Positions 56,488-64,000 of a stretch of 64,000 nucleotides of DNA are shown piece after piece. Positions within the stretch are counted from its first letter, which is position 1, and each line of letters begins with the position of its first letter. The position numbers and the translations under genes are program-made. This stretch comes from a virus (Duplodnaviria > Heunggongvirae > Uroviricota > Caudoviricetes), in the IMG/VR virus record IMGVR_UViG_3300028797_000094, positions 38,524 through 102,523 of that record. The stretch is one strand, 5' to 3'. The notes beneath the pieces were generated by a model. That model was not told the DNA's origin and ran no database searches. It saw nothing but the letters and a program-made list of their open reading frames with translations.

Positions 56488-56730
56488 ATGGAAAAAGTTT
56501 TTATTACAAGAGCACTTCCTTGTGCAGGCGGATTGGTTGTTGAAGATGCAGTACGTTATAATGTTGATGCAACTGTTGTTTATACAGATGGCAATATTGA
56601 TTATGTTGTTTTAGCAGGAACTAAATTTGATCTTTATGATTTTTTAATGGATAATTTTTCTGAAGATGATTATGATTATAATAAAATTCTTAATGAAGCA
56701 ACATTAGTTAAATATGAAATGGAGGACTAA
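56488..56730 (+). CDS. Early hypothetical protein
   Basis: SD AAGGAGG. Confidence 0.7.
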   Translation: MEKVFITRALPCAGGLVVEDAVRYNVDATVVYTDGNIDYVVLAGTKFDLYDFLMDNFSEDDYDYNKILNEATLVKYEMED

Positions 56731-56731
56731 T

Positions 56732-57016
56732 ATGGAATACATTCATAGAGAAACAGGCAAGACTTATAAAAAATTTATTCAGGCAGAAGTAGAATATCAC
56801 AGAGCAATTTGTGGTGGACTAAATGAATTAGTTAAAGTTGAAAACTTAGAACTTCCAACTAAGAAAGATATTTATAATCATGTTCGTGCTGAGAAGAAAA
56901 TAATTGCAAGTGAATGCAAATATAATACAGTTCGTGATAATATATTTTATAGAATATATTATGGTGCAACAATTTATAAACCAATGGAGGAAAATAATGG
57001 AAAAGAAAGTTGTTAA
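56732..57016 (+). CDS. Early hypothetical protein
   Basis: SD GGAGG; start moved. Confidence 0.7.
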   Translation: MEYIHRETGKTYKKFIQAEVEYHRAICGGLNELVKVENLELPTKKDIYNHVRAEKKIIASECKYNTVRDNIFYRIYYGATIYKPMEENNGKESC

Positions 57017-57509
57017 TGTTTTTGGTAGAAATAATTATTTATTAGGTGTTGACAAAGATAATATCAGATATTATATTGAAGAACCTAATTTTGATTGTGG
57101 TTGGTATTGGGGAGGTTTATATATAGAAACATTTACAAACAATTATCAACCAACAAGATCTGTTGATATTAGCACACATTCACATTTTGATTCTATGTTT
57201 TTAAATAGCACAGATTCATTTGGACCTGAAGTATTTAAGAAAAGATTTAAAACTACTGTGTTGACAGATGATGAGTTGTGGAAGCTTTTAGAATTAGGTC
57301 GTACTTTCTATACTCTTAGAAGTGCTGCTGATTTATTTCATATTGGTGGAAGTCATATTACAAGAAATAATTGTTATGATGTTATTAAAGACCAAGATAT
57401 GTATGAACAAATAGTGAAGGTTAAGATCCCAGCATTGGTTGCAGAAATACTACAATTATTAGGCGGAACAAAGACTGCAAAAGATTTTGAAAATAAAGTA
57501 AAATTTTAG
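56997..57509 (+). CDS. Early hypothetical protein
   Basis: SD GGAGG; FDCGWYW motif; start moved. Confidence 0.75.
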   Translation: MEKKVVNVFGRNNYLLGVDKDNIRYYIEEPNFDCGWYWGGLYIETFTNNYQPTRSVDISTHSHFDSMFLNSTDSFGPEVFKKRFKTTVLTDDELWKLLELGRTFYTLRSAADLFHIGGSHITRNNCYDVIKDQDMYEQIVKVKIPALVAEILQLLGGTKTAKDFENKVKF

Positions 57510-57564
57510 GAAAGCGCTTTCATAGCGTTTTTCTATTTACAAATTAAATAAATTGTGATATAAT
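57509..57564 (+). promoter_or_regulatory. Class I sigmaA promoter with cre-like operator
   Basis: GGAAAGCGCTTTCA; TTTACA 57536; TATAAT 57559. Confidence 0.85.
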
Positions 57565-57594
57565 ATAACTATAAAATAAATAAGGAGAAAAAAT

Positions 57595-57903
57595 ATGTTA
57601 ACAGAAAGTTTAAAAAAGAAAGTTCAATTTGTTAAAGAAATCAGTGAGGCTGTTGTTAAAGTTCAACCAAATGTTATTGGAATGAGCTATGAAGTTTATC
57701 AAAGCAAAAAGAATCCAAAATGGATTACTGAGTTTTTAATTGTTAATTATGATGGTGGAGCAATGTCAGTTAGAAATTGTTCAGCTACAAGTTGTAGTGG
57801 AATCTTTAAAGAGATTGCTAAGCTATTAGATCATGGCTATTATGATGAATTAGATTATTACACTGATATCATCAATAGCGATTCGGAGTTAATCAGTGAA
57901 TAG
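57595..57903 (+). CDS. Early hypothetical protein
   Basis: SD AAGGAG. Confidence 0.75.
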   Translation: MLTESLKKKVQFVKEISEAVVKVQPNVIGMSYEVYQSKKNPKWITEFLIVNYDGGAMSVRNCSATSCSGIFKEIAKLLDHGYYDELDYYTDIINSDSELISE

Positions 57904-58276
57904 CGATATTATGGATCTACTGACTGAAGAACTTCTTGAGTTGGTAGAGCGAGCTGAAGCTAAGCGACATCTAAACTTACAAAGAATAGAGTCGCTTAGA
58001 GACTACAGCGATGCAAAGACCGAGCGAAAGAAAACAAAAATTTATGCAGACTGTTTTAAAAAAGTTTCTGTTAATCTTTTAGAAAAATATACAGAAGCAT
58101 TAAAACAGAATCAAAGAGATATTACTTTACTAACCGATGCAAATCTTTTAGATGAGTATGCGGCATTTTATCGTGAAGAAGTTGAAATGTATGATAATAT
58201 AATAAATGAATATTATGATTATCTAAAACAGGGACACATTATAGATGCATTTTTAGGAAAAGAAAGAGAGGACTAA
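57896..58276 (+). CDS. Early coiled-coil hypothetical protein
   Basis: SD GGAG, GTG start. Confidence 0.65.
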   Translation: MNSDIMDLLTEELLELVERAEAKRHLNLQRIESLRDYSDAKTERKKTKIYADCFKKVSVNLLEKYTEALKQNQRDITLLTDANLLDEYAAFYREEVEMYDNIINEYYDYLKQGHIIDAFLGKERED

Positions 58277-58280
58277 ATGT

Positions 58281-58463
58281 ATGAAGCGCAGGATTCATCT
58301 ACGTGATAATATTAGTGGCAAAGACATTACAGGTACTGTAGAGATTCCTGCAAAGGATCATTTAGCAGCACAACAAAAGTACAAAGCCAAAGTGTTCAAA
58401 CCAAAGAAAGGCAAAGGTTCATTTACCCGCCGAAAGAAACATAAGAAACAGGAAGAAGAATAA
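58281..58463 (+). CDS. ArfA-like basic peptide (putative ribosome rescue factor)
   Basis: KVFKPKKGKGSFTRRKKH resembles the ArfA motif KKGKGSYxRKxKH; SD GAGG. Confidence 0.55.
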   Translation: MKRRIHLRDNISGKDITGTVEIPAKDHLAAQQKYKAKVFKPKKGKGSFTRRKKHKKQEEE

Positions 58464-58528
58464 TGAAAGCGTTTTCATAAAACTTTTTTCAATTTTCTAT
58501 TTACAAACTTTTTATTTTGTGATATAAT
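58464..58528 (+). promoter_or_regulatory. Class I sigmaA promoter with cre-like operator
   Basis: TGAAAGCGTTTTCA; TTTACA 58500; TATAAT 58523. Confidence 0.85.
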
Positions 58529-58558
58529 ATTAGTGTAAGATAAATTAAGGAGGATATT

Positions 58559-59089
58559 ATGAACTTACAAATTACTATTGAAGAAAAAACTATTAAAGAT
58601 TTTTTGAAGCAAAGACTTATTGGTAAGAACTTTGGCTATTGTTGGGACTATGATGTTAAAAATGCATTTGATGATTTTTTAAAATCTTATAATATTGATA
58701 CAAGAAACTTCAGTTGGCAAAAACATCGTGGCGAAAAACAATCATTCAGACTTACTTATAAAGGTTTTGAATATGGTTATGTTGAAGCTAAGAAACAAAA
58801 AGTTAATACACACCATTCTTGGTTAGGTGGAACTTATTGTGATTGGACTTTTAAAGATGTTAATGTTGTTATTTATAAAGGCACTTTAAATGCTGCAATT
58901 GAAGACGTTGAACAAAGAGCTGTTGAAAAACAAAATAGAGACAACGCACAAGAACAAGCAGCAATAAAGATTTATAAATTAGTTATTGAAAATTGTAAAG
59001 ATCGTTATGAAGCTGATAACATGATTGATTATATTAAAAGTCATCGTTATACTTTACAAGATAAGATGAAAAAAAGCGCACAAGCTTAG
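58559..59089 (+). CDS. Early hypothetical protein
   Basis: SD AAGGAGG. Confidence 0.75.
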   Translation: MNLQITIEEKTIKDFLKQRLIGKNFGYCWDYDVKNAFDDFLKSYNIDTRNFSWQKHRGEKQSFRLTYKGFEYGYVEAKKQKVNTHHSWLGGTYCDWTFKDVNVVIYKGTLNAAIEDVEQRAVEKQNRDNAQEQAAIKIYKLVIENCKDRYEADNMIDYIKSHRYTLQDKMKKSAQA

Positions 59090-59098
59090 GAGGACACT

Positions 59099-59521
59099 AT
59101 GGGAACTTTATGGATGAAAGATAATACACTATCACAAGAAACAATAGATCGTCGTAGAACTTATCTTGAGAAAAGTGAAAAGCTAAATGAAGTTGCTAAA
59201 GATTACTTTAAGGTCTTAGGCTTTAAAGTAATCAAGCATAAGTTTGGTTACAAAGCTTGCAAGAGTGATGTTGACTTAACTTTCTATTTTGGTGCAACTG
59301 TTGTTGATACTTGTTGGAGCTATGCTGAAAATCATGGTGAATATAGAGTTCATGCTAAAATACCTTATACTGATATTGAAGTTGCTGATTTTTATATTAA
59401 ACTTAACACAGTAGAAACTGATGCTGAAGAAGAAACTAAAATTAGAAAGTTATTTGCTGATAGTGATTTTGATAAGCTTGTAAGATGGAGACTTCCATAT
59501 ACAAATAAAAAGTTTATTTAA
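59099..59521 (+). CDS. Early hypothetical protein
   Basis: SD AGGAGG. Confidence 0.75.
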   Translation: MGTLWMKDNTLSQETIDRRRTYLEKSEKLNEVAKDYFKVLGFKVIKHKFGYKACKSDVDLTFYFGATVVDTCWSYAENHGEYRVHAKIPYTDIEVADFYIKLNTVETDAEEETKIRKLFADSDFDKLVRWRLPYTNKKFI

Positions 59522-59542
59522 AAAGTAGAGGAAGAGGATTTA

Positions 59543-59607
59543 TGAAAACGTTTTCATAGATCTTTTTTCAAAAAACTATTTACAAATTTAAATATTTGTG
59601 ATATAAT
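59543..59607 (+). promoter_or_regulatory. Class I sigmaA promoter with cre-like operator
   Basis: TGAAAACGTTTTCA; TTTACA 59579; TATAAT 59602. Confidence 0.85.
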
Positions 59608-59646
59608 ATAAGTGTAAAAATAAATAAAGCAAGGAGGATAGTATTT

Positions 59647-60363
59647 ATGTTTTACAAAACTGGTGTTGATATTTGCAATAATCGTTCAATGTATGATTTT
59701 CTAAATAATCATTTTATGTACGATACAATGAACAGTTGGAATGGATTGAAGAGCATTGCTAATAATGTTAAGATTTATAACTTACATTTAGAAGGCGATG
59801 AATGGGAAGCATTAAAAGCTTTAGAGCGTGATGAGTATTTTGAAGTTAATGATATGATTGAAGATTGGGAATATCTTCATAAAGGTTATAAAGTTGGCTT
59901 CAATGGTCGTTCAGGCGGATACTTAGTATTATATAGTGATAATGATAATGGAAATATTTTACCTGATTATTTATATGGATTTGATTCATATGAAGACTTC
60001 AAAGATCATTATCTAACTTATAATTATGGCACAATGTCAGATGCTAAGAATGAACTTAGAGGTTATGTTGAATTAGTTCGTGATTTTGATGTGTTGTGTG
60101 ATCGTATTCGTGATTATGTTAATGAACTTTCTAAGAGAGATTTAATGGCAGATTATCTTGAAGATGTTGTTGAAGCTTTTAATGAACATTATTGTGATGA
60201 TTTAGCTTGGCTTGAGTTTTCTGGATTAGAAGTTATAGATGGTCAAGTTGATTTAAGTGAAATCAATCAATTACAATGTTTAAGTGATGCATTTTTAAAT
60301 ATGTTCAATAATGATTATAAAATTGTTATTGAAGAAAGTGTTTTAAGATTGGAGGCAAAATAA
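59647..60363 (+). CDS. Early hypothetical protein
   Basis: SD AAGGAGG; GFNGRSGGYLVL motif. Confidence 0.8.
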   Translation: MFYKTGVDICNNRSMYDFLNNHFMYDTMNSWNGLKSIANNVKIYNLHLEGDEWEALKALERDEYFEVNDMIEDWEYLHKGYKVGFNGRSGGYLVLYSDNDNGNILPDYLYGFDSYEDFKDHYLTYNYGTMSDAKNELRGYVELVRDFDVLCDRIRDYVNELSKRDLMADYLEDVVEAFNEHYCDDLAWLEFSGLEVIDGQVDLSEINQLQCLSDAFLNMFNNDYKIVIEESVLRLEAK

Positions 60364-60800
60364 TGGCTGATGTAGTTATTAAATGTTCAGGTAAGATGCG
60401 AGAAATTGAAATTGATCCAGTTTCAGAATTAGATGCTGAGCTTGATGAAGACTTAGTAGAAGCAAATGAAGAAGACTTCACTGATGTAGAGGAGTTAGAT
60501 GCAGACACTAATGAAAAAGTTGTCTACCAAGTTTGGTTATTAGGTCGTGGTGAGTTTGATGATGTTAATGATTTTACATATTTAATTGACGACTACAATG
60601 ATGTAGAAGAGGCAATTAAATGTTGGAACTTCTTTAATGAAAACGAAATTAGTCTAATTAAGAATAAAGATGAAAACTTCTTTATTCCTGCTGATATATA
60701 TTCAGTAGATTTAGTTGTTGAAGAAGTTGCAGTTGATGAAGATGGCAATGAAGAATGTTTTAATATAGTAAGAGAGACTAATATTAAAACAAAGGCGTAA
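60363..60800 (+). CDS. Acidic early hypothetical protein
   Basis: TAATG coupling. Confidence 0.75.
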   Translation: MADVVIKCSGKMREIEIDPVSELDAELDEDLVEANEEDFTDVEELDADTNEKVVYQVWLLGRGEFDDVNDFTYLIDDYNDVEEAIKCWNFFNENEISLIKNKDENFFIPADIYSVDLVVEEVAVDEDGNEECFNIVRETNIKTKA

Positions 60801-60803
60801 GTT

Positions 60804-61400
60804 ATGAAGCGTAGAAATAAACTTCACGCTTATCAGAGAGCTTCTGAGCGCTTAGGCTTACATAGACTTGAGACTGAGCGCTTAGTGAAAGAAGCTTGGT
60901 CAGCAGGCAAGACTTATAATGAGCTTGAAGATGGACCACTTAGAAATTATGTTTATCATAAGAGTAGAAAGAAGAAAGTTAAAGTATATAAAAACATTTT
61001 ATTTATCTTTAACAAGACGAGCAAGACTTGTATTACAATGTATAAAATACCTAACAAAATTTTATTATTAGAAGAAAGGAATCAAGAAATGAAAAAGAGT
61101 AAAAATGTTAGAAGTAAATATTTAGGATTACAATTTTTAAATAGTGAAGGTCAAGTATGGACAGTTGTGAGAGTTTCAAAGACTTCGTACAACAACTATC
61201 GTTTCAATTTGAGTCGTGCTGCAGAAAATGATGCAACTAAGACAATTTCAATTACAAGCAAGACAATGAAAAAGCTTGCTACAAGTTATTTAACTATTGA
61301 AGATATCTTAACACACAAAGAAGATTTAAGAAAGAAAAATATCAATACTTACAGAAATACTTCTTGGTATACTTGGAGCGAGGCTAAGAGTTGTAAGTAA
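60804..61400 (+). CDS. Basic early hypothetical protein (possibly two domains)
   Basis: ORF; HAYQRASERLG. Confidence 0.65.
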   Translation: MKRRNKLHAYQRASERLGLHRLETERLVKEAWSAGKTYNELEDGPLRNYVYHKSRKKKVKVYKNILFIFNKTSKTCITMYKIPNKILLLEERNQEMKKSKNVRSKYLGLQFLNSEGQVWTVVRVSKTSYNNYRFNLSRAAENDATKTISITSKTMKKLATSYLTIEDILTHKEDLRKKNINTYRNTSWYTWSEAKSCK

Positions 61401-61425
61401 AAAACGAAATTAAGGAGGTTTCGTT

Positions 61426-62280
61426 ATGTTCAAATTATTTATTGAAGATTTAAAACAAGCAGCATCTTTTTTAGAAAAGAGCTGGAAAGAATATACAGTT
61501 ACGCAATTAGCGAATATGTTATGTCAAGCAATGGATGATGGCGATGATTTAATGATCAACGCCACATTCAGTGGTTTGATGCTACATTATCAACCGATGA
61601 TGGTGAAGATGTACCAAAAACATGGACGCGTATTAAAAATGGAGATCGGTGATATTGCATCTTGGTTTAGTAGATCTATTATGCAAGCGTGTGATCCTAA
61701 AAACAGAACATGGCAAAAGAAAGAAAAGAATTGCAGTGCTGGAACCGTAATTAATCAAATTTTAAATACAAGATATATTGCAATGGCTTATTATGAATCT
61801 AACTTAGATCTACACAAAGCTAACTTCGCCACTACAAGTTTAGATGCGCCACTTGATTATGATACAGATGATACAAGAGCAGACTTATTGGTGAGCGAAT
61901 ATCCTACACCAAGTGATCAATTTAGTGGAGCTTATGCAATAATCCAAGATCTGTTAGATGATAATAAGATCATTGAAGCTATCATCGCAGAAACAATTGC
62001 TTACAACGATTGCTACAAAGTTAATAGCAAGACAGTTAAAGAAGTTGGCGAAGATGGAACAGTTAAGAAGTATAAAAATATATCTACTGAGTTTTGGGCT
62101 TATAGAGCAGTGCAAATCTTATCTAACTTGCCTGAGAATTATGAAGATTATTTCTTAGACAGATTTAATGTAGATAAAGAAATGTTTGAAACAGGTTTGA
62201 ACAAGATTAGAACTTCTAAAAACCCTAAACTTTATGAGTATTTAGAGTCAACAAAAAATTGCTTGAGATCTATTTTATAG
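61426..62280 (+). CDS. Putative phage sigma-like factor
   Basis: Region-2-like helices and TTSLDAPLD; weak recognition. Confidence 0.45.
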   Translation: MFKLFIEDLKQAASFLEKSWKEYTVTQLANMLCQAMDDGDDLMINATFSGLMLHYQPMMVKMYQKHGRVLKMEIGDIASWFSRSIMQACDPKNRTWQKKEKNCSAGTVINQILNTRYIAMAYYESNLDLHKANFATTSLDAPLDYDTDDTRADLLVSEYPTPSDQFSGAYAIIQDLLDDNKIIEAIIAETIAYNDCYKVNSKTVKEVGEDGTVKKYKNISTEFWAYRAVQILSNLPENYEDYFLDRFNVDKEMFETGLNKIRTSKNPKLYEYLESTKNCLRSIL

Positions 62281-62290
62281 ATTTCAAGTT

Positions 62291-62303
62291 TTTATTGTAT
62301 AAT
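62291..62303 (+). promoter_or_regulatory. Class II promoter
   Basis: TTTATTGTATAAT. Confidence 0.65.
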
Positions 62304-62355
62304 AATAGAGAAACGTAATTTCTGTAATTTCGTTAATTTCATTTTGGAGGTTTTT

Positions 62356-63078
62356 ATGTATAAAGATATAATGTCGCCACATGCTTTTGGCAGATACAAT
62401 ATTTATTTAGTGCAACTAATTGGATTAGAAGCTGCAGTGTATTGGGAACTGTTGTATTCTATTTCTGACCTGGCCTACAGTAAGTGTGAGAGAAAAGAAA
62501 CACTAAATACTAAAGGATACTTCACAGTAGACCGTAAATATGTCAAGGAAAGAACAGGAGTCGCTACTGAGCAGCAAAGAACTTATGATCGCGCTTTCAT
62601 GAAGATGGGTGCAGTGATAATTAGTGAAGAAGATTCCGATGCGCTTTATGTGGATAATGGTGTGATGATTAAATTTCTAACTTCCGAAATTTCAAATTCA
62701 GAGAAAAAGAAGATCTTTACAGAAGCTTTATCTGATGGCAAATTAGTGATTAGAGAGCAAAAAGGAGCTGCGAAGAAGAATGGCATGATCTCGCGCTGGA
62801 AACAATGGGTGAGCGGATCAGAAGAGTTACTCGCAGCATATGCTGAAGCTTTTAGTGTTTGGTATAGCGCAGGCATGCAGACCGATGCGATGATTAAAGC
62901 AAAGATTGATGCAGTAGAAACTGCCACTAAAGATGAAGGATTAAAGATAGAGATCTTAAGAAGAGCTACACAAAGTGGATACAGAGATCTTGAGGCAGTG
63001 ATCTGGAGAGCTAAACAGGATTACAATCCACTAAAAAATCAGAAGACTTCTACAGGAATTGGGAATCAGGTATTTTAA
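62356..63078 (+). CDS. Putative replication initiator (N-terminal winged helix)
   Basis: YNIYLVQLIGLEAAVY..GYFTVDRKYVKERTGV..QQR pattern of phage initiators. Confidence 0.55.
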   Translation: MYKDIMSPHAFGRYNIYLVQLIGLEAAVYWELLYSISDLAYSKCERKETLNTKGYFTVDRKYVKERTGVATEQQRTYDRAFMKMGAVIISEEDSDALYVDNGVMIKFLTSEISNSEKKKIFTEALSDGKLVIREQKGAAKKNGMISRWKQWVSGSEELLAAYAEAFSVWYSAGMQTDAMIKAKIDAVETATKDEGLKIEILRRATQSGYRDLEAVIWRAKQDYNPLKNQKTSTGIGNQVF

Positions 63079-63106
63079 AAGATCAGGTTTAAATCTGGTC
63101 TTTTTA
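63078..63106 (+). terminator. Intrinsic terminator
   Basis: AAAGATCAGG-TTTAAA-TCTGGTCTTT plus Ts. Confidence 0.75.
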
Positions 63107-63119
63107 TTTTACTTAAAAA

Positions 63120-63174
63120 TGAAAACGTTTTCATTGTTTTTTCTATTTACAAATATTTTGTTTTATGATATAAT
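63120..63174 (+). promoter_or_regulatory. Class I sigmaA promoter with cre-like operator
   Basis: TGAAAACGTTTTCA; TTTACA 63146; TATAAT 63169. Confidence 0.85.
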
Positions 63175-63206
63175 ATATATAGAAAATTAAGTAAGAGGTA
63201 TAATAA

Positions 63207-63635
63207 ATGAAAGTAAAGTTTGATTTTAATTTAGATGCGTGGATTCAAAATCTTGAAATTGAGGCTGACTCTATAGAACAAGCAAAAGACAAACTAATGT
63301 CTATGTCTTTAGAAGATATGATCGAAGCTGGTGCTTATATGAAAGACTTTAATATCGACTCAGTTGACACAGAAATTACTGAAGCAACTTATACTGTTAA
63401 AGTTGTTAGTATTGATTATGCTATTGAAAGTTATGATGTAGATGAGTTTGATACTATGTCTGATGAAGAAGTAGAAGCAGAGATCGCTAGAGTTAAATCA
63501 AGTCTTCCACAAGAACTTGAATTAGAAATTGAATGTGAGCCTGATGATCTAGATGATTATGTTGCTGATGCTATATCAGATGAAACAGGCTGGTTAGTTA
63601 ATGACTGTGAATATGAAATCGTGAGTAAGAGATAA
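63207..63635 (+). CDS. Acidic early hypothetical protein
   Basis: SD GAGG. Confidence 0.75.
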   Translation: MKVKFDFNLDAWIQNLEIEADSIEQAKDKLMSMSLEDMIEAGAYMKDFNIDSVDTEITEATYTVKVVSIDYAIESYDVDEFDTMSDEEVEAEIARVKSSLPQELELEIECEPDDLDDYVADAISDETGWLVNDCEYEIVSKR

Positions 63636-63639
63636 TCTC

Positions 63640-63694
63640 TGAAAGCATTTTCATTATAAAAACTATTTACAAATTGTTTAAAATATGATATAAT
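63640..63694 (+). promoter_or_regulatory. Class I sigmaA promoter with cre-like operator
   Basis: TGAAAGCATTTTCA; TTTACA 63666; TATAAT 63689. Confidence 0.8.
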
Positions 63695-63728
63695 ATAATT
63701 GTAAATAATTAAGGAGGAAATGTTATTT

Positions 63729-63893
63729 ATGGAAAAAACTTATATTGTTAAAATTATTAAAACTGATTTTGTTGAGGAAGAAGAAGAAATCTTTGAATAC
63801 GAAGAAGAGCTCGACGATGAAAAAATGAGCGATCAAGAAATCGCACAACAACTTTTAGAAACTGCTTTGGCTGGCTGCACTGATGAAGATTAG
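63729..63893 (+). CDS. Acidic 54-aa early protein
   Basis: SD AAGGAGG. Confidence 0.65.
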   Translation: MEKTYIVKIIKTDFVEEEEEIFEYEEELDDEKMSDQEIAQQLLETALAGCTDED

Positions 63894-63904
63894 GAGGAGC
63901 TGAA

Positions 63905-64000
63905 ATGTTAAAGAAAGATATTAAAGCAATTAAAGAAGTTTATATTGATGAACGTGAATGTGGACACACTATTTGCGACTTTGATGATGAACAACACGAC
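63905..64000 (+). CDS. Early protein, truncated by the window end
   Basis: SD AGGAGG; open to the end. Confidence 0.6.
   Translation, partial: MLKKDIKAIKEVYIDERECGHTICDFDDEQHD

Noticed and set aside
955-62927. Minus-strand ORFs in the track (e.g. 955, 7231, 16299, 19623, 27811, 46791, 51626, 53088, 62646)
   Set aside because: Shadows of well-supported + strand genes, with biased composition and no SD noticed
54952-63635. Host itself uses code 4 (mycoplasma-like)
   Set aside because: About 39 of 39 early Trp codons are TGG in an AT-rich genome, where a code-4 host would favour TGA; disfavoured but not excluded

Overview
64-kb segment of a large AT-rich T4-like/contractile-tail (myovirus) bacteriophage; all supportable genes are on the + strand. 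The ORF track looks fragmented because many genes use TGA as Trp (code 4): read-through joins the fragments into an intact head-completion/tail/baseplate/fibre module (1-29.6 kb) and several other late genes. Genes behind host-type promoters use TGG only and stop at TAA/TAG, so the genetic code appears tied to expression class. Three promoter classes are visible: (I) 11 sigmaA-type promoters (TTTACA-17-TATAAT), each with a palindrome matching the CcpA cre consensus in helical phase upstream; (II) TATTGTATAAT promoters without a -35; (III) TTTGCTAAATTATATGAT late promoters. Other notable items: a ~2-kb non-coding repeat-rich origin/terminus-like region holding a candidate sRNA that mimics the 16S rRNA 3' tail, an ArfA-like peptide, LxE-punctuated putative virion polyproteins, a late HNH nuclease, a radical SAM gene with three FETNSSSxHS paralogues, an SNF2 helicase, an AAA+ ATPase, a sigma-like protein and a replication initiator. 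Promoter, SD and cre style suggest a Bacillota host (inference). No tRNA, rRNA or CRISPR array was recognised. All calls are by eye, with no database search.
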